The notes under the pieces: generated by a model | Told to the model about the DNA's origin: nothing | Databases searched by the model: none | The model's input: only the letters and a program-made list of their open reading frames with translations | Program-made: the position numbers and the translations under genes | From: Octopus bimaculoides | Taxonomy: Eukaryota | Assembly (NCBI RefSeq): GCF_001194135.2 | Contig: NC_068982.1 | Coordinates: 9,792,820-9,856,819 of the forward strand | DNA: 64,000 bases | Direction of reading: 5' to 3' | Part shown: in pieces, positions 25,930 to 39,369 of the stretch | Numbering within the stretch: position 1 is the stretch's first letter | How the letters are laid out: the number at the start of each line of letters is the position of its first letter

Positions 25930-26609
25930 GTATGCCTGCATTTATGTGTGCGGAGTAAAAATGCAAGCATAATATCACTGAACACAAAGTACAGATATGA
26001 CAGCAAAAAAAAAAATGCAAGAACGAAGCAAAATTATAATCAATATAGAAATTAAAAAGACTACTGTCAATACAGTAAAAACACTAGCAAAAATCAGGGC
26101 TTGACAACACAGAAATGAGAACTGCTTCTCTACTATAGTGACTTTAATCAGAATTTCAAAAGAAACATAGAAGTTACAACTGTTTTATGTTTTAAGATCT
26201 AACAATCCTAGTCATAAATGAATCATGTTTCTATAAACGGTTTTGCATATTTTACTATATCTAATATTGTAACAAAATCTAAAATGAAAATACCACCAGC
26301 TTTTAAGAGCTTATGCTTAAAGTGAACAAAAGGTACATTTCCAACTGTATTGCAGACAGATGTATCACTGGTATGATTCTTGTACCAACTTAAATATCTG
26401 GTATCAACCAATTCCAGGTAACCTCTAAGGGAAATTTGGCATAGGGAATTTTCCACATCCTGACCAATATATGATTATAAGTCTGTCATGTATTTAAATA
26501 TTTGTATATGTATTTATATATTTATATATGTGGTCGTTACTTTTTTTATACATAAATAATAAGTTAATTAATATTATTTAATACTGAAATATGCTGTGAT
26601 ACTATTTAA

Positions 26610-26831
26610 CCCTTTCGTTACAGCATTTATTTTGAGATGCTCTCTGTATTTCTTTCAATTGCTTTAAATATAACAAAGAATTTAGTAAAATAACTGAGCT
26701 ATCATTAAGCTAGTGTTAGGAACATAAATTGTGGCTAAGGTTTGGTGGAAGATTTTAATTCAAAACTTATGAAAATAAGACATTTGTACTCAGAGCCAGA
26801 GGCGATTTCAGCCGGGTTGGTAACGTAAGGG
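26610..26831. mobile_element. piggyBac-type MITE
   Basis: TTAA|CCCTTTCGTTAC ... GTAACGTAAGGG|TTAA: TTAA TSDs and 12-bp TIRs with one mismatch. Confidence 0.85.
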
Positions 26832-27059
26832 TTAATATTGTAATACTGTAATTTATATATTATAACAAATTACTAAATTCATTGTAATTTCAAGTTTACC
26901 TGGAATTATATTGTATAATAATGAACAACACAGAAAGTCACAAGCTAAGATTTGTGTCAGTGATTTCAAAGACAGATATGTTATTATTTATGTTAAAAAG
27001 AATCCTTGCTTATCAATGTAAAAATGTAAATTCCATGAATCTATGAGAAACAGAGAGTG

Positions 27060-27101
<42 letters not shown>

Positions 27102-27489
27102 ATGAGTTAGAAAGAAATGACAACTGAATAAAATATAAGAAAAATTGTAATTTTCATTTATCATTTGTTAACAAAGCCAAAGAATATGAATCACTAATTT
27201 AATTATGAATTAATTTAAAAGAATGTAAATTTTTTTATCACTATTTTCTAAATTTAATTAATCATCCATGAGGAAGAAATGATAATTAGGAAGAAAATTG
27301 GATCCAGATCTCTGTTTAAGAATAATTTTCCTTTTAATTTACAATAGTTCATCCTACAGTACATTCATTCTAGAAAGAAAACAGACAAGCAATACTTAGT
27401 GACAAGAGAGAGGAATTTGTTCTTGTGTCTATTTTTCATTGAAAAATATTTGTAATATTTTTAATTTCTCCATTGCTATTAACTTCTTA

Positions 27490-28120
27490 GTACCTCTTGG
27501 TACTTATTTTATCAACACTGAAACCAAAGTTGACCTCAGCAGAATTTAAACTCTAGCAGTCCAACCCATGCTAGCATGGAAAGTGGACGTTAAACGATGA
27601 TGATGATGATGATGATGGTGATGACGGTAAAAAGCAGACAAAATGTCACTGAGCAATTTGCCTGATATGCTAACAATTCTGTCAGCTTGCCAGTTTGAAA
27701 TATCGATTTCAAATTCTGACACAAAGCCAGCAATTTAGGAGAAGAGGAAAGTCAATCAGAGAAACCCAAGTACACAACTGGTACTTATTTTAACGATTCT
27801 GAAAGGATAAAAGGCAAAGCTGACTTTGGCAGAATTTGAACTCTGAACATAAAGTTGAATAAAATGCAACTAAGCATTTTGCCCAGCAAGCTAACGGCTC
27901 TGCCAGTTTGCTGCCTAATTGGATAAAGATAAAAGGGACAAACAGGGGATTAAGTCGATTACTTCGACTCCGGTGCATAAGTGGTACTTATTTAATTGAC
28001 CCCAAAAGAATGAAAAGCAAAGTCGACCTTGGTGGAATTTGAACTCAGAATGTAACGGCAGACAAAATACCGTTAAGTTTTTCGCCCAGTGTGCTAATGA
28101 TTCTACTAGCTCGCCGCCCT
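27490..28120 (-). mobile_element. Three tandem S1 SINE copies
   Basis: Three successive AACTGGTACTT...GAATTTGAACTC...GCTAA...GCC units (about 27500-27690, 27705-27915, 27925-28120). Confidence 0.8.
27555..27628 (+). mobile_element. RTE LINE 3' tail inserted in a SINE
   Basis: CCAACCCATGCTAGCATGGAAAGTGGACGTTAAAC(GAT)n interrupts a minus-strand S1 SINE. Confidence 0.7.
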
Positions 28121-29848
28121 AATTGTTTTAAATATTGCAACATAATATGAAGTGAATGGTAGAGGTTCATTGAAGAATCTCTCTGGAATTGGTAAAGCAA
28201 GTATTCTACAACTAGAAATTTTTGTTTGAACTAGAATATAATAAAATCAAACGACAGTGATTCTTAATATTGAGTAGACTGAATCAGAACAATGCATGTT
28301 GCTTATTGGAATCACAGCATAGAAAGAGCGAAAGATTTAATACATAATAATCCTTTTAGTGTTAGAATAGAGAGAAAGAGAGAAAATGATAGGAAAGAGA
28401 CTGGAATGATGATGATTAATGTAAAGAATTTCAATGCTAATTGAGAAAAATACTGTACTACAGAAGTCTTTTGTTTTAGTTTTCACTAATTTACAGTTTT
28501 ATAAATGTGGTTTAAGTATAGCCAGGAAGATTCAATTACAATTCATTTTGTGCATTTTTTAAAGTTCAGCTAATATAGAGAACAGAATTGTCTTTTCATG
28601 TTAAATTTTAAGTTATATTAAATCTTGAGTTAATTTAAGCTATTCACAAAGACAGTCAATTATAGAAAGACTCTCCAGTTAGATATTTTCATTCAACATT
28701 TTTTGGAAAATATTTCAAAATTTTACTTAAATAAGCAACTAACTTGAAACAATGGAAGCAAAATAATGAAATAATTTTGCTCTTATTTTGTTTTCCAAGA
28801 GGTAAAATATTTAAGTTAAACTGAAAATTTTTGAGAGGAATAGTTTCTCAGAGAAGCAAAGTTCCTTTGTTACACAAATAACTAAGAACAAAATAACAAC
28901 GAAAACAAAAGAGAGGATAAAAAATATGATATTTCCAACAATATTTTTATATTTATGATTTTTATTCAACAAATTTCATGTTTTTCCAAGATTTACATGT
29001 ATAACAAATAACAATAGAAAGATCTACAAAACACATCAATGACTGGAAATGACTTCTGGATGAATTTAGGTTAAACAAACACCAGATCCATAAATATAAC
29101 AAAAACAAATTTTTATCCATGAAATAAAAACAGAAGTATCTCATGAAAATTGAAGATAGGAAAATAATTTTATAAAATGTCTATTAATGTTGTAAGGGTT
29201 ATTCAAATTACAAAAATTCAGACATAAAATTGGATATAGGACAATCCTTTTGATTGTATGGATGAATTAATTTTTAAAATATTAAGTCACTGTCAATACA
29301 TTGGAACAGTATAATTAAAAGAAAACTGTTCAAATATGATGAGAAAAAAGTAGCAAGAAGTAAATAGACTTTAATAAATGAAAATTTGCACAATACTGAA
29401 ACAGAGAAATAGGCAAATTGAAATTCTTGTGGAATGAAAAATAGCAAAATAACAGTGTGGAATGATAAAGGAAAAAAAAAAAAAACTAAAACACAATAAC
29501 TTGTCAGGCACATCATCTAAATCTACTCTAATTAAAATGTAATTTATTAAAGAATGTTATAACAATACATTAAAACACATATTTTGGTTTATTTTCAGTT
29601 TTGATTTTATTCTCAAATATCTCATTCAGATTTTTTGTGACGTAATACGATGAATTACGGAATTAATTAAATGCAATGTAATGAACATTTATTCTACAAA
29701 CTTGGAACTGGATTCTGCAAGCTTTCATAATCAGAGAAATAAATTCTAATAATTTTACTTAGGAACTGCAATGTTCTTTTTTTTATTGTTTTATTTTTTT
29801 GCTATTCTTTTCTTTAAAATTTGAAATAGTGCATAAAAATATATCTAT

Positions 29849-30446
29849 NNNNNNNNNNNNNNNNNNNNNNNNNNNNNNNNNNNNNNNNNNNNNNNNNNNN
29901 NNNNNNNNNNNNNNNNNNNNNNNNNNNNNNNNNNNNNNNNNNNNNNNNNNNNNNNNNNNNNNNNNNNNNNNNNNNNNNNNNNNNNNNNNNNNNNNNNNNN
30001 NNNNNNNNNNNNNNNNNNNNNNNNNNNNNNNNNNNNNNNNNNNNNNNNNNNNNNNNNNNNNNNNNNNNNNNNNNNNNNNNNNNNNNNNNNNNNNNNNNNN
30101 NNNNNNNNNNNNNNNNNNNNNNNNNNNNNNNNNNNNNNNNNNNNNNNNNNNNNNNNNNNNNNNNNNNNNNNNNNNNNNNNNNNNNNNNNNNNNNNNNNNN
30201 NNNNNNNNNNNNNNNNNNNNNNNNNNNNNNNNNNNNNNNNNNNNNNNNNNNNNNNNNNNNNNNNNNNNNNNNNNNNNNNNNNNNNNNNNNNNNNNNNNNN
30301 NNNNNNNNNNNNNNNNNNNNNNNNNNNNNNNNNNNNNNNNNNNNNNNNNNNNNNNNNNNNNNNNNNNNNNNNNNNNNNNNNNNNNNNNNNNNNNNNNNNN
30401 NNNNNNNNNNNNNNNNNNNNNNNNNNNNNNNNNNNNNNNNNNNNNN
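29849..30446. other. Assembly gap (other gaps: 35022-35348, 39099-39323, 48591-48600, 51134-52133, 58681-58690, 60630-60813)
   Basis: Runs of N, each flanked on at least one side by a dinucleotide microsatellite. Confidence 1.
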
Positions 30447-30479
30447 ATATATATATATACATATATACATATATATACA

Positions 30480-30521
<42 letters not shown>

Positions 30522-32056
30522 ACTATATGTGTATATGTATATGTACAGATTTGTGTCGAAGGAGAAGAGAGAAAGAGAAGGACATAAAATTTGAAATGAG
30601 ACACTGAGACTTGTTTAGAAAGATAACATTCATATCTCAGAGTATTAAATGCAGTTTTAATTTCACATTTACAGGTATGAGTTGAGTATTAGTGCAATTT
30701 GGTTTTGAAATAGCAAAATGGTTTCTAATCTAACAGATAAATTCTTGAAGTAGTATTTAAATATAGTATGAAAGCATATAAAAGAATCAATGAAGATTTC
30801 TAAAATTATATTGAAGTGTCAAAGATTAAATTTTAAAAGAGGAACGATACAAAGAGGACTATATTGTAAAACTATGGAGACGTGTTTTAAAAAATATAAA
30901 AAAATATATAAGTTTTCAGAGAACGTTGAAGGATGATAATAAAGGTATATGAGAAGTTTTAAAACATATTCTCAGCAGCAAATTCAGAAGCCAATTTTTG
31001 TTAAAATATAAATTTGCAGAGATTGCTAACTGCTTAAGTGTTTCATAAATATTAAAATAAGAGAAGACAAATAAGATTACTAACTACTCTCTAATATCTA
31101 TTTGAAGAAAATTTATGGAATAGAAGTATGTAGAAAACAGTGAAGAAGAACAAATTAAAAACAATTATTTTCAAGTATTTTTGTTGTTTTTGTTTTCCTT
31201 ATTCCAAGAGGCCAGATTTCATCCAATATGAAAGAACATGAATATAGAAACGAGAGGTTAAATTAGAAGTTGTAATAATATCAAGAACCGTGTACCAAAT
31301 GAATATTAGTCTCTTGTAACATACAAACTGGGTATTTTAGAATCTATATGTAGACCGGATGACAAAGATGAAAATCCTTAGTTATTGGTGATGCTTTATT
31401 CTAAGCTGTGCTTATGCTCAGTTCAAAAGCAAATTTAATCATAACTAAAACTCTTATAAATTTAGAAAAAAGGTTTATCACTCAAAATGTCTTCTAACTT
31501 TGCCTTCATTATTCATATTTCATTCTAATCTATTATTTTATTCATTAAAAAAAAAAACAAAAAAAACAATTCATACTATTCAGAAATTTTATAATGATTT
31601 TAATAATGTAATTTCTGATTTATTTTGTCACATATATTCATATGTGCATGTGTGTGAGTGTTCAAAATTAACTTTATCTTTCTGCTATAACAAAGTAAGA
31701 TGCACGCACACACACACACACACACAAGTACATACATCCTATATCTACCTATTTGTTTTTTGTTTATCTATCTATATATCCATATCTGTGTGTATACACA
31801 CACAAATAAATAGGTATTCTTCTGTATATCAAATCCTTGATATAAATATTTTATTATATAAATGTTTTTGAAACCAGATTCAACAATTTATTTCTGCAAA
31901 CTCACCAGTCGAGTATCATTAGAGTTACTCCTTTGTATTCTATGCTGACAGAAGTCGGTACTTTTATAATATAAGTGCAATCTGTTTCTATACCAATATA
32001 TTTTAATTACATCTCGAACACAAGTAACCTGCTGTTTCTCATGTGCTTTATATAAT

Positions 32057-32288
32057 TATTTCCTTATTGCCCACAGGGGGCTAAACATAGAGGGGACAAA
32101 CAAGGACAGACAAAGGGATGAAGTCGATTACATCGACCCCAGTGCTTAACTGGTACTTATTTAATCGACCTTGAAAAAGGATGAAAGGCAAAGTCGACCT
32201 CGGCAGAATTTGAACTCAGAATGTAACGGCAGACGAAATACCGCTAAGCATTTTGCCCGGTGTGCTAATGTTTCTGTCAGCTTGCCGC
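32057..32288 (-). mobile_element. SINE S1
   Basis: Well-preserved copy; 11-bp TSD CTTTATATAAT (32046-32056, 32289-32299). Confidence 0.85.
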
Positions 32289-32320
32289 CTTTATATAATA
32301 CTGAAACTAAAATATATTCA

Positions 32321-32683
32321 ATAAAATGATAGCATGTTGTTAACTTAATGTGACAGTCACATAAAAGGGAAGAATGCTACTGTTATTTAGCCTTAGAAAA
32401 CACCATTTCCTGTTGGACTTGACACATTTCCTGTGTCATTATGTTTTCAAAGGTGGATAGACACCGACAGCTAGCAAGCCATGCTACTCCAGACTGATGA
32501 TGAGCAAGGACTCTGGAACTGGTCTCTGGATGCTGGTTTTGCTGGGTGGAGGTGCTTGTCTCCACTTTGAAAACATAAGGACACAGGAAATGTGTCAAGC
32601 TCAATAGGAAACGGTGTTTCCTAGGGCTAAATAATAGTAGCATTCTTCCCTTTCATTAAGATGACAACATGCTATCACTTTAT
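32321..32683. mobile_element. Fold-back element (family F3) with ~140-bp inverted arms
   Basis: 32321-32465 is the imperfect reverse complement of 32551-32683 (e.g. AAGGGAAGAATGCTAC/GTAGCATTCTTCCCTT, CTTGACACATTTCCTGTGTC/GACACAGGAAATGTGTCAAG). Confidence 0.85.
32488..32530 (+). ncRNA. Decayed hammerhead-like motif at the apex of F3
   Basis: TCCAGA-CTGATGA-T-GAG[CAAGGA]CTC-T-GGAA-CTGG-TC-TCTGGA: 6-bp stem I. TGGAACTGGTC is explained by an ancestral CGAAACCGGTC with two CpG transitions and one A>G change. Confidence 0.55.
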
Positions 32684-33659
32684 CGTGCTGCTACTGCATA
32701 AATCTCTCTGAGAGATTTAGAAATATATTATTTCTATTTTGAAAAATATTCTTTTCTAAATAATATAATATTCACCAAATATTGACAGAGGCTGTTTCTG
32801 GAACTGAAAACATCTAAGACGTTTTAATTTTAATGAATTACAAAAAAGCAACAACTACATTAAATAGTAGAAGACAAATAAAGATATGTATCTTCAAACA
32901 ATATTATCTACTTCACCAGAACAGATAATTGTAATGACGGAGCTAAACTTAAATATAAGACATTTCAACTTTTGCTGTTTGGAATTCCATAGCAAAAGAA
33001 GGTAAATTACTACTCAACAATGCTATTATTCACAGAGACACTATTTCACTAACTCTTCAAATGCTTTCGGGAATGGTATGTCACAATTTCCAGTACCTCA
33101 ACTAAAAGTTAATAATGGTGATCTATTATTGGAGAGTTTTGATAACAAAGAGTGAAGACATTAACTATGGACATTAGATAAGAGCGTATGGAATACATAA
33201 ATAATTATACTATATATCCATAGGTATTTGAGAGAGGATTTAAACAAGGACATTCAAATACCTATATACCACAAATCTGTTACGTTTTGTGCAATTATCT
33301 ATGTTTGCATTTTCTGAGATTCATAATTTCAGCACTATTAGCTATAAAACCACAACAATGGACTCATATTTGATATATAATACCAGTTTGAAAATTCAAA
33401 ATTTTATCAATAATTTTTTGAATTATATTGTATAACTATGCACAACAATAAAATTTACGAACATCAAAACAACAGCCGCAAGAGTGAAAGTTTGAAAAAT
33501 TTAAACTTCATACCTATTCTATGCACAACACAATATAAATGAGAAGTTAAAACATTATAAAGCAACATTGTTGTTTGAATTCCTATTCCAGAAAAAAGTG
33601 AAACCTCAAAATAATTAAATATATTTCAGTTACCCATTAAAACTCATATGTAAGAAATA

Positions 33660-33779
33660 TAAATGTATACACACACATATATGTACAACCAAGTATGTAT
33701 GTGTGTGTGTATGTATATATAAATATATATATATATGCATGTATGTTTGTGTATATATATATATATGTATATATGTTTC

Positions 33780-33848
<69 letters not shown>

Positions 33849-33918
33849 GCATATATATTTGTGTATATTATATATGTATATTTGCTTGTATGTTTGTATA
33901 TATATATAAATATGTGTT

Positions 33919-34013
<95 letters not shown>

Positions 34014-34191
34014 CTATGCATGTGCCTCTGATTATATATATTTGTGCCTATCTCCATCAACATACACACACTTATGTCTGTGAATACAATTAGTGAGTGA
34101 GCATGAGTAAGCATTCAAATCCGCAAATCGGCATTTATACATATGTGTATGCATCTAAATAAATATATTATATGTATGGGTGTACACACAT

Positions 34192-34224
<33 letters not shown>

Positions 34225-34543
34225 CACACACTATGTACACAAACATATAAACACAGACATATAGATATGACTATGGATAAATATGTATCTATATTAAAGA
34301 TGTATATATGTGTGTATGTATATATATATGTTTTTATAGTTGTGTGTGTGTATATATATGTATGTATACATATATATATATACAATAAATTCTAAATGCA
34401 AAAATAAAAACAAAACACAAAGGATTCTGCAGTACATATAGATACATGCATCTAAGTATATGAATACATATGTGACCATACATACATAGTTCCATATAAG
34501 TAGATATATGCATATTGATATGCACAAGTATGCATGTATATAA

Positions 34544-34600
<57 letters not shown>

Positions 34601-34640
34601 TATATTTATATGTATGTACATGTATGTATGCATTTATGTA
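33660..34640. repeat. Large compound (TA)n/(TG)n/(CA)n microsatellite field
   Basis: Direct reading; source of the [12 protein letters not shown] ORFs. Confidence 0.95.
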
Positions 34641-35348
34641 AATAAATATGAAAACATACTTTTATATAATTCCCTTACCTTAAATTTTTTCCAAATTCTT
34701 ACCACTCCTTAGGGTATTGTCCTTCCATTTCCTTTTTTTTTTTTTCTTCCCTCATGCTTGATTTACCCCTAACCTGCTGTCCACCACTTAACCTACCTTC
34801 CTCTAAATTTGAAATTACTACTATCCCTCCAATTAGATTTTAAATTCTTGTTTGATTCACTTGTCTGTGAAACAGCAGCATAGTCGAGATGTGTTTTCTT
34901 CTCTTACTCTTGTTCTTTGCAAACATCTTCAAATGACTTTCTAAAATGAAATTCCCTTATGCAGCTGAGGAGTACATTTTCATTGTATTTTCTGTGGTGT
35001 TCTCACTACATGAATAAATGGNNNNNNNNNNNNNNNNNNNNNNNNNNNNNNNNNNNNNNNNNNNNNNNNNNNNNNNNNNNNNNNNNNNNNNNNNNNNNNN
35101 NNNNNNNNNNNNNNNNNNNNNNNNNNNNNNNNNNNNNNNNNNNNNNNNNNNNNNNNNNNNNNNNNNNNNNNNNNNNNNNNNNNNNNNNNNNNNNNNNNNN
35201 NNNNNNNNNNNNNNNNNNNNNNNNNNNNNNNNNNNNNNNNNNNNNNNNNNNNNNNNNNNNNNNNNNNNNNNNNNNNNNNNNNNNNNNNNNNNNNNNNNNN
35301 NNNNNNNNNNNNNNNNNNNNNNNNNNNNNNNNNNNNNNNNNNNNNNNN

Positions 35349-35420
<72 letters not shown>

Positions 35421-37194
35421 TCTGTATGTATGTACATGTGTATGTATTCATGTAGAATAGCTCATCCATGCAATAATGCAAATACGCTCTAAAACCAAGG
35501 GGAGGGATAACATATGATTCCCCATGGACAAAAGACCAGTGGGCAGTAGTTCCACCAAAGTCCTCTCTTAAAATAAAATACTCAACAATAAACACTTGCA
35601 AATATGGATAAAAAGTGTGCGATGATTAAATGTATGATTTTGAATGTATATATATAAAGAGAGAGAGAGACAGGCAGACAAAGAGAATGAGAGGGGTGTA
35701 TGATATGAATGCATATATTCATATCTGTATCTATGTAAGTGTATATAGCCCTTTCCACAATCCATATGAATGTCTCCAGTATGTACATAAATTCTCTAAT
35801 CATCCTAAGTCCATTATCAGTAGCCTAATGAAAATTATATCGATTAAGATTTTGTTCCTTTCAAGCAGCAAATAGACCTTTAATTATATTGATGAATATT
35901 TTAATGAGACTTTGAGTAGGAGTATCTATAAGGAGAAAATTATATATATCATGGGCACTAGCTTAACAGAGACAATTACTCATAGGACTAATCTAATGAT
36001 CTAATGAATAACAAATATTTCAGACTGCTATTTATAAACTGATACAGCAAATGTAAATGAGGATTCATAAGAAACATCTAACTTAAAGAGTACGAATAAT
36101 TGTAATCCTTGAGGTGATAATTTTAAGAAATAGAAAGTGGAATATTACCTGGTATAACCACCTTACTATAAGGAAATGAAAATACCTATTGCAAAGATTG
36201 TCTTTGAAACAGAAGGAATTTTCTGCCACAGCACATATCATTAGACATTTAGTAAAAGCTTTGTAAATTTTTTGTCTACCACAACACTGAGTTTACTGGT
36301 TCAACTATAAGCTTCATTGACTCAAATAGAATTAAATTAAATAGACAAGATAACTATACACAATCAGGATCAAAGTATAGGAATAAGATCATTAAAAAAT
36401 TGAATACCACAAAATTAAATCATGTACCTTATAGCCTGCCTGCTCTAACTGGGAAACTATCAATGGATGTTACAAATAGCCTTGGGATCTCAGATCTGGA
36501 TATTGTCCACTCCAAGAGTCAGTGATGCAAATTGCATTATTCGTGTAATTTATTACATCCCAGTATGCACTGTTATTTACTCTTAATAGTAAGGAGAATC
36601 TTCTCGATAGTAATAATCATGATTACAACTGTAGAAGTTTGAGAAGGTGCCCTTTAGATAGGAAATGCATATATTATAATACTGTATATAAATGCATTGT
36701 AGAAACACAATATTAGATAGATTTAACTACAAAAGTGCAATCACACTTTGTTAATTAAAAATTCAAATTTTCTACCTCTCTAACTGAATATATTTTCAGT
36801 TGAAAGTCTGAGAGTTGAATTTAAGACAAACTGCTTTTTTAATAATTCTGATAAACCTTACCAAGGAAAAAGATCAAGGATGTTGCTTATGCACTCAGGA
36901 TTCTTATGGCTAATAATCAATACCTATCAAATATGCAAAATGAATTAGTTGCTAAAGTGATTCATTAGTAACTACATTATGCTGAGGTAAATTTTATTAA
37001 CTAATCAATTGTGGGTTAAAAATATGCTTCATAAAAGGTGGTCCAACATCACACTATATGAACTAATGGTACAGTATTGGTTTCCATAACTAATTTTTTT
37101 CATTCATAGTTATTTTGTTGTGTTTTTAGCTTTAATTTGTTTGTAAGTTGTATTATTATTGTTTGTATTATTGTTGTTAATGTTATTATTAAAA

Positions 37195-37390
37195 AAGCAA
37201 GCTAGTGAGAATCAAACAAAAGGCTTAGAGGCATTTCTTCCAGCTCTTAACATTTTGTTGAGTTCAAATTTCAAGGTCAGCCTTATGTCCTTTTGTGGTC
37301 AATAAAATGAAGGGTCTATCAAATGGCCCAATCTAATCAACTAATCATCCACCACTGAAATTGCTGGCCTTGGACAAAATTCTGAAATTA
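37195..37390 (+). mobile_element. Old degenerate S1-like SINE
   Basis: GAGTTCAAATTTCAAGGTCAGCC...TGAAATTGCTGGCCTTG, followed by an (ATT)n tail. Confidence 0.5.
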
Positions 37391-37395
37391 TTATA

Positions 37396-37433
<38 letters not shown>

Positions 37434-37456
37434 CTTTATTATTATTGAGTCAGAGA

Positions 37457-37652
37457 CAGGCAGTGAGCTGGCAGAATCATTAGCACGCCTGGTGAAATGT
37501 TTAGCTGTATTTTGTCTGCTGCTACATTCTGAGTTTGCCTTTCATCCTTTTGGGGTTGATGAAATAAGTACCAGTTATGCACTGGAGGTCTATATAATCG
37601 ACTAGCCCCCTCCCCCAAAAATTTTCAAGGCCTTGTGCCTAGAATAGAAATA
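37457..37652 (+). mobile_element. SINE S1
   Basis: GGCAGTGAGCTGGCAGAATCATTAGC head; 19-bp TSD ATTATTATTGAGTCAGAGA (37438-37456, 37653-37671). Confidence 0.88.
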
Positions 37653-37892
37653 ATTATTATTGAGTCAGAGAGCAGTACATTCCCAAATTTGAATCTATTA
37701 TTGTTTTTATTCCCTTCTATAACAGAATGCTGGCCCTGGTACTGTACTGTCATAACTTTCAACACCAGTCCATATCCCATATCAAAATGAGTACCTTTAA
37801 TGTGTATCAGAGGGCCACATATGATATGTTGGGTGTTTTTGTGCCTTCCCTTTTTAATTCACCATGGCTCAATAATTTCCTTAGTATTGGCC

Positions 37893-37993
37893 TTGTAGTG
37901 TCTGTAATTTGATATCATATTATCTTGTAGTGTCTGTAATTTGATATCATATTATCTTGTAGTGTCTGTAATTTGATATCATATTATCTTGTA
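37893..37993. repeat. Perfect 32-bp tandem repeat x3
   Basis: TTGTAGTGTCTGTAATTTGATATCATATTATC at 37893, 37925 and 37957, plus a partial TTGTA. Confidence 0.95.
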
Positions 37994-38329
37994 CTCTCAA
38001 CAAACTTTCCATTTTATAATAATTTAATTATGGATTTTAACATTATTCTCGATAGTTACCATTATTTTTATATTTCATTTTTTAATTTCCATTCTTTGTT
38101 TGATTATGTTTTTATTTTTCCCTTTCATATACTTTATATATTTTATTTCTTTTTTGTTTTCAGTTCCATTTATGGTTTGGTGGTCCTTTTACTCTTTATT
38201 CTAGGTTCTTTGTTCTTTCACGCATTATCGCTTCGACATTATCATGAAACATTTTGCTATCCTTGTCTTCTACTTGTCTTTATGTTTGATTTACTTGTTT
38301 GTTTTGATTTGTACACTTTACTTTTACAT

Positions 38330-38550
38330 TTTTATTTGCATTTAAAGTAGCCATATCAGAGCCAAGTACTCTACATGTTTTATATTCAAATGGACCAGAT
38401 CTGGCATCTCACACCTACACTACAATGCCATTCTAAAAATAAGCAACTAAATCATTGAAATCTCAAAGCTACAAAATAATATATGATCAATCCAAAGCAG
38501 TATGGATATATAAGAATTGTATTTGACAGAGTAATTTCAATACTAAAGGG
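38330..38550. mobile_element. piggyBac-type MITE, second family (older copy)
   Basis: Shares CTCTCACACCTACACTACAATGCCATTCTA with the 54.7 kb copy and ends AATACTAAAGGG|TTAA. Confidence 0.7.
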
Positions 38551-38864
38551 TTAATTTTGAATTTCTAATCTCTATTGTCTTTCAATTTTTATAACTATTT
38601 ATATAATTACTTATCACTTCTGTCATTATTTGCATTATTTTAGCATAATTCTATAGCACATAAGAGCAATATTTTCAACCTGTTTTATATTTTGATATCT
38701 CCATCTGATGAGATGTTTTTTGTTTTCTTTTTAGTATAAGATAAACAGAACTATTCTAACGAAGGATCCTAAATAACAATAACTTGTTTTATATGATTAT
38801 TCAAGTATATATAAACACCTGTTTCTCTCCTCATTCCTGATCTCTTTCTCTTTCTCTCTCTCTC

Positions 38865-39010
38865 TAGCTGGGTAATCTTGTACTCCTCTATGGCAAGATA
38901 CCTGTTTCTGTCTCTCTGTCACAATATAACCTTTCATCATCTGACACTAGATCACCTCCTCCAATGGCTGCCACCCATGGAAGGCAGACATTAAACGATG
39001 ATGATGATAT
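38865..39010. mobile_element. Repeat fragments ending in an RTE-type tail
   Basis: CCCATGGAAGGCAGACATTAAAC(GAT)n on the plus strand, preceded by a GC-richer repeat-like segment. Confidence 0.45.
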
Positions 39011-39055
39011 ATACATTTATACTTACATATATTTATACTTATACATTTGTCTGTG

Positions 39056-39098
<43 letters not shown>

Positions 39099-39323
39099 NN
39101 NNNNNNNNNNNNNNNNNNNNNNNNNNNNNNNNNNNNNNNNNNNNNNNNNNNNNNNNNNNNNNNNNNNNNNNNNNNNNNNNNNNNNNNNNNNNNNNNNNNN
39201 NNNNNNNNNNNNNNNNNNNNNNNNNNNNNNNNNNNNNNNNNNNNNNNNNNNNNNNNNNNNNNNNNNNNNNNNNNNNNNNNNNNNNNNNNNNNNNNNNNNN
39301 NNNNNNNNNNNNNNNNNNNNNNN

Positions 39324-39369
<46 letters not shown>

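Noticed and set aside
31906-31983. Minus frame DCTYIIKVPTSVSIEYKGVTLMILD with a strong donor CTG|gtgagt, superficially like the PRL/PTP4A N-terminus (IEYKG)
   Set aside because: No polypyrimidine acceptor, an in-frame stop upstream with no ATG, and no downstream HCxxGxxR exon found.
33036-33075. Plus-strand 40-nt exon-like unit reading DTISLTLQMLSGM (kinase-like)
   Set aside because: No other kinase subdomain exons were found; too short to support.
33637-34633. Many [12 protein letters not shown] ORFs here and at 13, 35, 39, 50-52 and 58-63 kb, plus X-filled ORFs
   Set aside because: Translations of microsatellites and N-gaps.
37893-37993. 32-bp direct repeats as a CRISPR-like array
   Set aside because: No spacers, and the context is eukaryotic.
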